The translations under genes and the position numbers were made by a program. 64,000 bases of DNA from Blastocladiella emersonii ATCC 22665. Taxonomy: Eukaryota; Fungi; Blastocladiomycota. Shown one piece after another: positions 10,814 to 22,778 of this stretch. Where the stretch lies: the NCBI GenBank assembly GCA_025594325.1, contig JANHCV010000006.1, positions 1,860,001 to 1,924,000 of the forward strand, read 5' to 3'. The first letter of the stretch is position 1. Every line of letters begins with the position of its first letter. Below the pieces are notes generated by a model that was not told where the DNA came from, searched no databases, and saw only the letters and a list, made by a program, of their open reading frames with translations.

Positions 10814-13718
10814 CTACTGCGGGCAACAGCTCTCGGCGACCATGCGCGCACACGCCGCGAACGCGTCGCGGTCGTCGGCGCGCGCCGCCATGCACGGCAC
10901 CTCGGCCGCGCGGCCCGCCGCAAGCCCGGCGACGGCGCGGTTGAGCAGCGCCACGCCCACGTTCATGGGCGCGTGCGCCGTGCCCGCCGGGTGCACCAGG
11001 ACGCGCTGGATCAGCTCCGTCTGCACCGCACGCACCACGCGCGCCAGCGTCATGCGCGTCTCGGTCGCGTGCAGCGGCACCGGCCACCGCTCCAGGCACC
11101 CGGCGTCGGCTGCCGTCGTTGCGGGCGGCGCGACGGTTGGCGCGTGCGGCGCCCCGGGCACGGTCACCGACATGGGCGCGTGCTCGGCCTCGTAGATGGC
11201 GGTTGGCGCGGGCGAGTCCTGCAGGACGACCACGGGCATGGCCGACGCGGGCGTAAAGGGCGGCGTGGGCGGGTGCGCCGAGGTCACGGACATGGCCGAC
11301 GACGTGTCCTCGGCCGCGAGCGCCGTCGTCATCTCGCCGTAGTGGGACATGGCGTGGTCGACCGGCTGGTGCGCGACGACGGGTGGCGGGAACGGGAGCG
11401 CTGGGACGCGGAACCCCGCGCTTGAGCTTGAGCTCGAGCTCGAGCCGCTGCGCGAGAGCAGGACGCTGGCCGACTCACGGTGGCGCGGCGGCGGGGGCGG
11501 GAGGAGGACCGCGGGCAGCTGCGACGGTGGCGGACCAGCCGCGTGCGCGTGCGCGTGCGCGTGTGCGTGGGGATGCGGGTGCGGGAGCTCCTGCGACATG
11601 GACGCGAGCGAGAAGGCCGAGCTCGACGCCGACGTGGACCGAGCCGGTGGTGCAGCGGGCGCGCCGCCGAACGCGCGCGGGAGCTGCAGCGTGTTGGACG
11701 ACGAAGACCACGGGTTGGTGGCGGCCGGGTACGCGTTCCACGGCGCCGAGGTTGAGGGACCCTGGGCGAGCTGCTGGGCAAACGACGTGGTGGCCGTGGG
11801 CGAGATGGGCGACGGGGGCGGGAGGACGACCGGGGGTCGCGCGCGCGCCGACTCGGCCGCACCCTGCGCCGCGAACCCGTACCCGCCAGCCGCGTGCGCG
11901 TCGTGAGACGGACTCGCGAACGCGGCCGCCCCGCCAAACGAGGCCCCCGCCGCGGGCGAGTGCGGGGTGCGGCACGACGCGGTACCGTCGACGGCGCGGC
12001 ACAGGGCGAGGGCGAGCCGCGGGTCGGCGAACAGGAGCTCGAAGACGGCGGCCGACGGCGCAACCGTGGCGAGGCGGAACTCGAGGAGCTCGAGGACGCG
12101 GCGCTCCATGGCGAGCACGTGCTTGGGCCCGAAGGGGGCGCCGAGCGGGGTCGCGGCGATCGGGCCCGCGAGCGCGTCGGCGGCGGCGACAGCAGGGACC
12201 GTTGCGAGGGCGTCGACGACCGACGCGATCGACGGCGCCGTGTACTCCTCGGAGAACTTGGCGGCGACGAGCAGGCACACGGCGGCGAGCAGGTACAGGT
12301 GCGCGCGGCGCGGGAGCAGCGGGCGGCGCGCGCGCGGGTCCGGGAACGCCGCGAGCACGCGGTCCAGGTACTGCACGGCGGAGTACAGCGTCTCGGGCGC
12401 GAACCGGAACGCGGCGTGGACCGCGTTCATCTGCAGGGTGTGTGAGGGGAGTGTCAGTAAACCGTGCGACGCGAGATGAGCAGAGCAAGGAGAAAACGCG
12501 TACGTGAACGAGCCACTGGACCACGGCCTCGCGTTCGCGGACGCGCTCGCGGAGGCGGCGCGACGCCTGGCCGACGCTACGGCGCGAGGACGCGGCGGGC
12601 GCGGACTCGAGGGCGACGACGGGCGCGACGGGCGCGGGCGGGCGGAGGTCGGGTCCGGCGCGCGTGCCGTTGACTAGGTGGATGAAGCTCGCCGGGTAGA
12701 CGCTGGCCATGGTGGGCGGCGGCGGCGGCGGGCGGAAGGCCGACGGCGCCGACGCGTCAAAGGCGGTGCCGGGCATGATGGTGGTCGCGGAAGGCGAGCG
12801 GAGCGGTGATGTGGAGTGGTGGAGGTGGTGGTGATGATCGACGCGAGCGCGTTTCGCGGGCCGCGACTCGGGCGCGTCGTCGGCAAACGAGGATGCCGTG
12901 GGCGGCGGGTAGGCGGCGGAGCGCGGGTGGTAGGCGGCGAGGGCGGCGTTGACGGTCACGGGCGGGAGCTGCGGGTGGCCGGGCGGCGGCGGCGGAGGGT
13001 GCAGATGGCGAGGCCACGGGCCGAGCGTGTGGACTGGCGGCAGCACGGCGTGGTGGTGGGCAGGGGCATGGCGCGCGGCAGCGGGCGGGCGGCGGGCGTC
13101 GGCGGCGTCGAGGTGGGCGGCGTCGGCGTCAGCGAGGACAGCGGGGGCAGCGGTCGCGGTCGCGATGGAGGCGAGCGGCGGGAGCGCGATGATGGGCAGG
13201 GACGGGTAGCGACGCGACGGCGGTGCGTGGCAATGGGCGGCAGCGAGAGGGTGGTCGCGGGGATGCGCAAGTATTTGAGGGTGGTGCGGGTGCGGGTGCG
13301 GGTGCAGAGGGTGCCCGAACGGCGGCGGCAGCAGCGGCAGGGAGCGGGCGCGCGCAGCGGTGACGGAAGCAGCGGCGCGCGGAACAGTCGCCGATGGGGG
13401 AGAAGCGGTCGCCGCAATCGAAGCCGAAGACGCGGGCAGTGACGCAGCGGGAGGAGGAGCACCGGCGCGCGGTGCGGGCGGCGGCGGCAGAACCGGGGCA
13501 GCAGCAGCGGCGGCGGCGGCGTAGTCAGCGCGATGGCCGTGATCGGCGCCGTGATGGCCGCGGCCACGCGTCGCAGTCGGCGCGATGCCGGCGCCGGTGC
13601 CGGGTCTCGCCGGCATGCGCGGGGTGTCCGTGTGCGCGTAGGTGTGCATGGCGGGGCCGGTGGTGATGGAGGCCGAGGCGAAGGCGGGAGAAGCGAAGCG
13701 GGGGTTCGAGGTCATCAT
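10814..13718 (-). CDS. Cyclin-family protein with long low-complexity N-terminus (about 943 aa; intron 12431-12503)
   Basis: The spliced cyclin box reads REAVVQWLVH|MNAVHAAFRFAPETLYSAVQYLDR...LLAAVCLLVAAKFSE...LAMERRVLELLEFRL. Intron GTACGC...CTGAC...CAG. The start codon is uncertain. Confidence 0.85.
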
Positions 13719-16700
13719 GGAACCGGCGCGAGGAAGATGAGACACGGTGGCCTGCTGCGCGCGGTGGGTGGGCGATGGTCTCGAAGCGGGAAGAAGCGCA
13801 GCGGCGGCGCCGAGGGAGCAGCGGAGCGAGTGCAACGGAGCGGGGAGGAACGGAGCCAACGCGAGCGAGCGCGCGAGGGGAAGAGGATGGCGAGGCTACG
13901 CGTGCTGCAGGGAGCGGGCCATGGCGGGCGGGGGCGGGTCGCGTCAGTCCAGCTGCGCGAGTGATGGGGCGGGCGGTCTCGATCGGCCCGAGCAAGGGAG
14001 GCGATGGAGCGGGAGGCAAGATGCGTAATGCAGAGCGGCGTAGGGCGGGGGCGAGGGAGAGAGCGAAGACTCGGCCGCCTTTGAACCGTGCGGGCGACGG
14101 CGGCGGCGGCGGCGGCGCACAAGCGCGGAGATCGCCGCGATCACCCGACTGCCCTCGCCGAGATTGCGACGCCGAGCCGTGACGTGGCCGTGCGGCGGGC
14201 GAGGCAGGTGGGCAGGTGGCGAAGCAGCAGCGGCGGCGGGAACGAGCACGCGCCCGCGCGGGGACGCGGCGACGCGCGCGAGCACGCGTTGGGCAGCGGC
14301 GCACGGGGATCGTGTGAGCAGGCCCGGACCCGGGGGTCCGCCGCCACACCCGCATTCACGCGTGCGGGCGCGCTCGGCAGGGCCCACCCGATGCGCGCCG
14401 CCGGTGGGGCTTTGCTGCGCTGCGCACCGCGAGCCGCCGCGATGTGCGCCGCGCCGAGGGACTGGAGCGAGAGGGGGCGGGAGAGAGAGCGAACAGAGGG
14501 ATCAGCGTACCGCACACTCGATGCAACGGGACCGATCGCCGTGTGGCCCGAGCCGGATGAGGAGGTGCACGGGGGCTAGACGGCGGTGACAGCGGGTGAG
14601 ACAGTGAGCGTGTGAGACAGCGAGCGAGTGACGGCAGGGACGCGTCGCGCGCGCGTCGCGCCACCGGGCACGCGTGGCGAGCGCCGAGCGCCGCACGCCG
14701 CACGCCGCACGCCACCGACCGCCGCGGCTCAGCCACCGCATCGCGATGGGACGGTGCGCTGATGGCATGCGTGAGGCTGCCCGGCCCAACGCGCAACTGG
14801 AGCCAACCCCCCAACCCCCACTCACCACCACCACCAACCCTCGACACACGCGTACCTCGGGGACGGCGAGACTCGGTGCAGACGGCTGCTACAGGTGGGC
14901 AGGCCAGCAGTGTCAGGTCGGTGCATGGGCGTGCGCGGGGGGTGCCGGCCCTCTTTATACTGCCCGCGGGCGCCCTCTCCCCTCCCCTCCCGTCGGCTTC
15001 TCTCGCACACTCGCGGCAAGACATACGCACACGTCGTCTAGACCGCGCCCACACTCGGGTGCGGCGAGGACACGCGCCGCGCGCGCAGGGAACCGGCGCG
15101 GCGGCAGTTTTGACCGACGCGGGCGGGCGGTGGGGCGGGCGGGCCGGCCGGCCGGGAGGACAAGGCGGTCGCCGGATCTGGAAGCCGTGATCGATGTGCA
15201 CGCGCGGGGACCAACGGCGACGCCGAGATGCGCCGGTCCGAGCTATGTTTGCCCGCGAGATCGCCGACGGGGTCGATGCGATGAGCCCGATGCGCTTGCG
15301 GTTGGGAAGGGATGGTCGCGCCGGGCGGTACGGCGCGCGAGCAGGGCAGCGCGAGAGGTGGGAGGGCCGCGGGAGGGAGGGACGGACGGCGGAGAAGGCC
15401 GAGCGATGGACTGCAACGTGTGCGGGCCGGTGCCGGCGCGGCGGATTTATACTTGCCCTGACGGCGACTCGGGAGGCGCTCGCTCGCGGCAGGGAGGGGG
15501 AGGGCGGGAGGGAGTGCCAGGGAGAACGGCAGGAAGGCGCACCGTTGAAAAGGACCGCCGTGGCCACGGATGGGATCTCGTCGCCGCGGCCGCCGTCGTC
15601 GCGTTGGCCTTCTTTCGTCGATGCCGCAGCGCCACCACGTGCGCAAGCGACCGGAAATCAAGACAACGGCGATGGCCGACCGGAACGCGCGGGGCGGAAA
15701 TGCCGCGGTCGGCGGCGGCGGCGATGCAACGACCGCGCGGTGCGGGGGTGGGTGGTGCGGGGGTTGCGCGCACACGAGGCGCCGGTGTCGGCTGCTGCAG
15801 CGGTCGCGGCGGCTCGGCTCCACTCGACTCTGGACCGCGACTGGTCCGCCGCTCGAGCCGTGTGTTCTTTTCACGCTGGCCGACGGCACAGCGCAGGGCG
15901 GGCGGTCGGTGGCGGTGACGGCGGGTCGCGCCCACAGCCGTGGCGCAGTCGAGACGCGCGTCGCGTCCTTGGTCGACGTGCACTGGTCCGGGGTACCCGA
16001 GGCGCGGCACGAGTGGCACCCGCTGGCGAAGCACCAGAGGCTGGTGATGGAGGGCGAGGGCACCGACTGAACCGGGGCTGGGGCTGGGGCTGAGGCTGAC
16101 GGGCGGCGTCACTCGGGGCGCCGACTGGTCGATGGCCGTGATGCGAGGGCTGATCCGGCGGTGGGTCGCGAACGTGGCGCGACTGATCAACCGGGCGGAG
16201 AGAATGAAGCGTTTGAGAGAGAGAGAGAGAGGATGAGCAGCGCGAGTTGCGTGTGTGCGGTCGATCCCGCCCGCCGCGCTGTCGCCCATGCCGCGGTGGC
16301 GAGCGACCCGCCCAGCGCCTTATTTACCAACCTTGCCCGGCTGCCGGCTGGCCACAAACGCACCGCCGAGCCACCCGCTTCATGCTGCTTCCTGTGCGCC
16401 AACTCTGCCACAGCGCCGTGACGCGCCGCCGCCCACTCCGCCACCATCACCTTCGCCATCGCCATCGCTGCAGCCGCCAACCCTCACTCGCTCTGCCGCG
16501 TGGGCCGCGGGCTCGGACGCCAGCTCACAAACACCCGTGTGGCGAACGACGATCAACCATCCATCACAACTGCCCATTCATCCTCGCCATGTTGCTGCAG
16601 TACCCCTGACGCCCGCTCCTTTCGACTCAGCTGGCGGTGCGAGACGCCGCGATTGGAGCGCTCGGCACCCGGCCCACTTGCGCCGGGCCGGGCCGTCTTC

Positions 16701-18492
16701 CCGTCCAACGTGGCCACGGCGGCGGCCTTGGCGCTGCTGCGTCACTCGCGCGCGCGTGCGCCGACGCGCGGCGAGTTTCTGCACGTGCGCCGACCAGCAC
16801 GCTCGCGCGCGACGGCGCGCTGCGCGGCGACAAGGCCTCGCGAGTCTGGGCGACCGCGTCGCAGCGCGAGAGTGCGAGCGCGCAAGACAGGAGTTGCCGC
16901 ATGCGGGCCTCACGGCGGCAGTTGACTGATCTCGTTTTCCGACGCAGCGCGCCTGATCTCGTTGCCTGACGCGGCACGCGTGTTCGCCCGTTCGCTCGCT
17001 CACCATCGATCGCGCGGGCGGGGGTACTTGCATCTCCCCTCGGGCCGCCGCGACTGGGCCCACACGACCTGGATTCCTGCAGGCCGCGCGGTCTGGGCGG
17101 CCACCATCGGGATTTGCGCTGTGGCGTCGCGCGTTGCCGCAATGCAATGCAGCGCGAGCGTGAGGGAGGCTCAGTCAGCAGCGGCCGACGTTCCGTCGGG
17201 TCTCACTCGTCCCCTCCCTCCGCAGGCGAGCACGCGTCCCACACGACGAGATGAAGTGAGATGTGCTTGTTGGCCAACGTGCGTGTGCGCGCGGGGAGAT
17301 CTCACCAACGCGCGCGGGCCAACGCATGGCTGAATGTCAGCCGATTGGGCAGGGACTCGCTCGCCGTCCGCCTTCCAGTCCCGCCGGATGACTCGACCCG
17401 GCACGCTGCAGCGCGTTCTCGCTCGAGCGCCGGGTGGCGGCTTCATGAACTCGACGTTCGAGTGGGCAGACGAGTCGCACGCGTCGTCCTTCGGCTTCCA
17501 GCTTTGGGGTCGAGCGCCATGACCAGCTGCGCTCAACGGTGAGCGGCGAGGGCCAAGACGACGCGCACCCTCGATGGGGTGGCGCAGCCCTCGCCTTGGC
17601 TCTTCGCGGGCTCGGTCGAGCTGACCGTACGTATCGCCGTCCCATCGCGTCGCTCCCAACCCGCCGCTCGTCGCCACAACCACCCATCACGCAAGCGTCC
17701 TGCGCATACGTGGCAAAATCTGCGCCATTCATTGATTCTCAAGTGTCATCGTCGACGTCGCCACTGCAGGACCGACGACCACGACGAGCGGGCCCACGCT
17801 GGCACCGGCGCTGCTTCGCCACACTCAATTTCACCACTTTCCCTCCCACACCCGATCAGGGCTCAAGCACCCCCAGCAAGGAACAGCGGCGGCGACGACG
17901 CGCAACAACGCATGCGGCGCCCATGTGAGATGGAATTGAAGGCGATGGCGACATCTCGCACCAGACCGTGCCTTGTTGTTGTTTGTTGTGCGCCCGTCCG
18001 TCGTGCATGACTTGAGAGCCACCGTCCGCGGCCATCGTGACCGCACCGCACCCATCAATTGTTGCGGTGACCGTTTTTGATGAGGTCGCATCCCCCGCAC
18101 TCGCGCGTGCTTCGTCGCCGCTCGGCGCTTCGCCCTCGCCATCGCCGATTCTTGGAGCCAACCCGCGATTCCCCGCATGGGGCCTCGGCGTTCCGCCGGA
18201 AGCTTGATTTCGGCTACGCGGAACAGGTGCGAATCGGCGATGCCGGTCGACCTCGCGGGAGTGGGCGGTGCTGCGCCACCACGCGAGACGCGCTGCGCCA
18301 CACGCGTGATCGCGGGGCGGCTGAAACGGCCCCCAGGCGCGCGTCGTGAGCCGCCCGTTAGGCACTTGCGCACAAGACAGCCTCCCAACGCAACTGTCCC
18401 CAACTCAGCCAGTCGCCACACCACAAGCTGCAGTAGATCTAGTAGAAATAAAATTGTTCACACCCTCGCATCCACCCACCCACCGCGTCACG

Positions 18493-21400
18493 TCACCGCG
18501 CCTCACAAGCGAGACTGCGCGCGTACGCCGCGTCCTCGTCGAGCACGCGGTAGTCGGCGATGTACGCCTGGAGCTCGGGCACGGGCTCGAGGTTGTACCA
18601 TGCGTTGTCCTGGAGCTCCTGGAACTCGAGCACGTACGCGGCCATCTTGTGGCACCGCTGGAAGTTGACCAGCCCGCCCTCGAGGTGCGTGCGCGTCACC
18701 GTGTCGACGAAGACGAGGTCCGTCTGGTACACGCCCGGGAACGGGATCACGGGCGGGTCGGCTGACCGGATCAGCGCGCGCAGCGTCTTGTGGTTGAGCT
18801 CGGGTGACATGCGCGCGTTGAGCGAGTCGAGCAGCTTGACTGACTTGCGCGGGATGAGCTATGGGTTCCGTGGGTGTGAGGACGCGCACTCACCACACCG
18901 CGCGCAACCGACGAGCAACGTACCGCCTTGGTCTTCTTGAGCCGGTACAGCGAGCTGGACGCGAGCCCGGCGAGAATCTCCTTGACGCCGTTATAGTTGT
19001 TCAGCTTCGCGAGCTCGGCCGCGAGCAGTATGAACCGCTCCATGACGAGCGCGCGCGCCTTGACGTCGCGCACCGCGACCACCTCGGACACGACCCACTT
19101 GACCACGTGGTTGGACCACCGCGTCATACGCAGCAGCGTCGGCGCCGCGTCCTCCTTGTCCTTGCGCAGCCACTTGAGCCCGACCAGCTCCATGGGCGAG
19201 ATCCCGCGGAACAGGTCCGCCTCCACCAGCGTCAGCTGCCGCGCTACCTCGATCATCTCCAGGTCCGCCAGCCGCACGCCCACCTCGCGCCCGCTCGCAC
19301 CGCGCGACGCGCGCGGCAGCCATGAGGTGGAGACGGCGAGCGATGACGCGATCCCGCCGCCACCACCGTTCGCGCCGCCGTTCTCGCCCGCCGCGGTAGC
19401 GCCGGTCCCGTCAATGACCCCGCTCCCCGACGTGGACAGCCCTAGGACGGGCGCAGACCCGAGGTGCGCGCCCACCACGCCGGGCAGCGAGTCGCTCGAG
19501 TCAGACACGAGCGCGGGCGTCGCAGCGCGGCGGAGGTACTTTGGCAGGATCGGTTTCGGCGCGTCGGACCCGGGACCACCACCACCCGTACCACCGCTCG
19601 TGCTCGACGTGTTGGTGCTGCGGCGGAAGTGCAGGGTGCCGCCGCTGCCGGTCGAGAAGCCCGTGAGCAGGCTGGTGGTGGTGGAGGTGACGGTGGACGA
19701 GTGCGACAGCGGGACGAGCGGCGGCGGCGGCGACGCGGGCGTGCCGAGCGGGTTCTCGAGCTTGCGCTGCACCAGCTCCTCGATCCGCGGCACGATCGCC
19801 GTCTGGTCGTCGGGCACCAGCCGGTCGTGCAGGAACGACATGACGCGTTTGAGGAACGCGCTACATGCGGCGAGAGGTTGCGGTTAGATCGTATTGACGG
19901 CGATGAAAGTGGCGCAACGCGCACCCGTTGAAGTCGACCCAGAACCGCGACATCCAGTCGTACAGCACGTCGCCGATGCGCAGCAGAATCTTGCTGTTCT
20001 GTGGCAGGTACGTGGCCTCGATCTGGTCGAGCAGCTGGTCCGGCGACATGAAGTCGCGGAACACGAGGAGGAACGTTGTTCGGAACTGGTAGTCTACAGA
20101 GCGAGCGCGTCAGCACCACATCGAGTGGAGATACGCGAGAGCAGCGTACCAACAGGATGCCCGAGTAGCAGCCGCTCCACGAGCTTTTCGGGGACTGCAG
20201 CCTTGAGCTGCTTCTCGCCGCCGACCGTGACGAACACGACGAGCCCCTGGTTCGCGTCGCGGTCGTCGGTCTCGGCCTGGACCGCGTCGTTCTCCTGCAT
20301 CATCTGGCGGTACAGGTTCTCGCGCAGCGTCGGGATACTCTTCCTGAGCTCGTCGAGGTCGCGCTCGAGCGCCGAGTTGGACGCCTCGAGCGACTGCACG
20401 CGCTCGGCGAGCTGGAGATTCGTCGCCTCGAGCTCGGCGAGCGCCGCCACGTGCTCGGTCGCGGGGACCACGGCGTTGGCGTGCCCCGTCGCCACGGCCG
20501 GTAATGGTTCCGGGAGCTGCTGCAGCGCGTCGGTCGCGACGGGCGACCCGACAATGGACGGCGCGCGCGACGACGACGACGCGCCCGTGCTCCCGTTGGC
20601 GTGGACAACCGACTTGAGGCTGCGCAGGGACAGCTGGCGGTGCAGCTCGTGCACGGCCTGTGCGTTGGCGGTGCGGACGGCGTGCAGCTCCTTGCGGTGG
20701 GCGTCGGCGAGCTGGGCGATCTGGGCGCGGAAGGCCGCGTCGCGCGCCTCGACGTCGCGCTCGAGCGCGCGCACGTGCCGGCGCAGCGCGGCCGCCGTCA
20801 CGGCGAGGTGCTCGTTCTCCTCGTGGAGGTACTGCATCTGCAGCGCGACCGGGTCGCCGTCGACGGCGGCCACGGGGCTCGCGCCCAGCTTGCCGTACAG
20901 GTACGCGGCGCCGGCTGCCGCGGACGACGAGATGCTGGCGGCAGCGGCGGCGGCAGCGGCCTGAGCAGCGTGCTTGTCGGCGACGAGCGTGTGCAGCGAT
21001 GTCCGCGCGGCGGCCTCGAACCGCGTGCCCGTCACGGCGAGCGCGAGGACGAGGTCCTGCAGCTCGGCGACATCCGTCGGGAGCGTGGCGCGCAGGGCGT
21101 GCTGCGAGGCCTCGGTGGCGAGGTCCATGGGGGCGGCGAGGACGTGGTCGGTGAAGAGGCGGCGCATCGCGTCGGACGCCATGGCGAGGGCGTAGGGCGA
21201 GTGGCCCTGGGCGTTGAGCGGGCGGAACGGCAGGGCGCCCGCGGCGAGCAGGCGCGACGCGCACGCGACGTGGTCCATGGACACGGCGAGGTGCAGCGGC
21301 GTGTTGCCGTGCTTGTCGGCGGCGTTGATGGGCGCATGCTACGGGGTTCGGCGGGGGCGGGTCAGCACTGCGCTGTGCGCGCGGTGCGGATGCGGGGGCG

Positions 21401-21730
21401 CATACCCAGTGGAGGAGGACGTTGAGCGCGTTCTCGAGGCCGAGGAGACAGGCGAGGTGCAGCGCTGACTTGCCTGCGACGAGGATAGCAGCAGAGTTAG
21501 ACTTTGAGCCGGCGGCGGTCGACGACGCAGAGGAGGCGGCCGCCGTACCGTCTTCAGTCTGAGCGAGACCGATCTCGTCGGGCGACAGCGGCGCGAGAAG
21601 GAGGCCCAGAGCTGCGACGTCGTTGCTCGCCTACGCACGCAAGGCGGGTCCCGCGTCAGCGTCGGTGCAGCCGGATGGGCGGCGCGCAACGGCAGCATAC
21701 CGTGGCACGCAGAATGTCCAGGTGCGACAT
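18493..21730 (-). CDS. Ankyrin-repeat + coiled-coil + REM + CDC25-type RasGEF, multi-exon
   Basis: Spliced N-terminus MSHLDILRAT...GKSALHLACLLG...GNTPLHLAV (ankyrin). REM: KAAVPEKLVERLL...TFLLVFRDFM. RasGEF: EVARQLTLVE, LNNYNGVKEILAGL, PVIPFPGVYQTDL, LVNFQR. Ends SLACEAR*. Confidence 0.9.
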
Positions 21731-22778
21731 GGTGGCCGCGATCGAGGTACGGGTAGCGTAGCGTAGAGAGCAGAATCACGAGAGCAGAGGCCCAGAAGTG
21801 GGAGCGCCGTCGGGGTGCCGCGCCGCGGGTCAATCGTGTCGTAGAGGATGTCGCCGTGTCCTCGCAGGTCGGGCGCGGGAGCGTGGTTGATGCGTAGCAG
21901 TGTAGTGCGCAGAGTCGTAGGCGTAGTAGATGCGCGAGAGAAGAGATGCATGGGCTGCCGCGAGCGTGCGGGGAGAGGAGACGGCGCGGCCGGCGTGCCC
22001 GCGTGATGCCGGCACCGCTCGCCGTCGTCCCTGCCTGGGGCTCCCGCGCGCACCGTGTGTCTGGTCGGCAGCGGACACGATGAATGAATAATGAAATCAA
22101 GGTGCGGCGGCGCCGTGTTCTTATTGCGCCACAGCGACGCGACGGGACCCGCGGCGCCGGGGCCGCGTTTAGACCGCCGTCTGAAACGTGGCGCGTCGCC
22201 CTCACCTTGAGTCGGCACTCTGCGTATCTGTGCACAGAATGGCCCCGCTTGTTACCGGAGCGGCGGTATCAGCGTGGCCACCACCGCGGCGAGCCGCGCG
22301 GCCCTGGCCATCGAGATCACGGCGCCGTCCTCACCCCAACGGCCCCACACTCCTCGGAGCCCCGGTGACCCCGAGCCCCCGCGTCCGCCGACCGAGTGCA
22401 CCGAGTGGCCCTACGTCGTCGTCGACGAGGGGGCGCCGGGTTGACGGCCGTGGCGGAGGCGAGTCGCGCCGCGTTGAGTCGAGGCGCACGTGGCGCCACG
22501 CCGTGATTGCGAGACACGGTGATTGACGCGTGCCCGTGTGCGGGCCGCCGTGTCTCCGCCTCGCGGATCCCGCGCTGCCCGCCTGTCCCTCGCGCTGCGC
22601 CGTTACGTTCATCGCCTCCGACTTCCGCCGGACCCCGGCCGCTCTCACGTCCCCAACGTCGTCGCGCTGCGGTGACTCTGACGCGCCTTTTCGGTCGGCC
22701 CTGCAGCCCGCCCTCTCTCCCCTCACGACTACACGCAAACGCTACGTGATCAACAACTCCACTGCACTACATTGCACC

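Noticed and set aside
16217-16230. (GA)n microsatellite and other short simple repeats
   Set aside because: Ordinary short tandem repeats with no associated structure.
15038-16289. Minus-strand ORFs with a short Cys-rich, coding-looking stretch (SLWCFASGCHSC...)
   Set aside because: The best frame has no ATG and an upstream stop at 16109-16111. I could not build a splice model or find any homology.
18447-18452. Plus-strand AATAAA suggesting a hidden plus-strand transcript ending here
   Set aside because: It is more simply the T-rich 3'-end element of the minus-strand RasGEF. Similar AT-rich patches follow most stop codons in the window.
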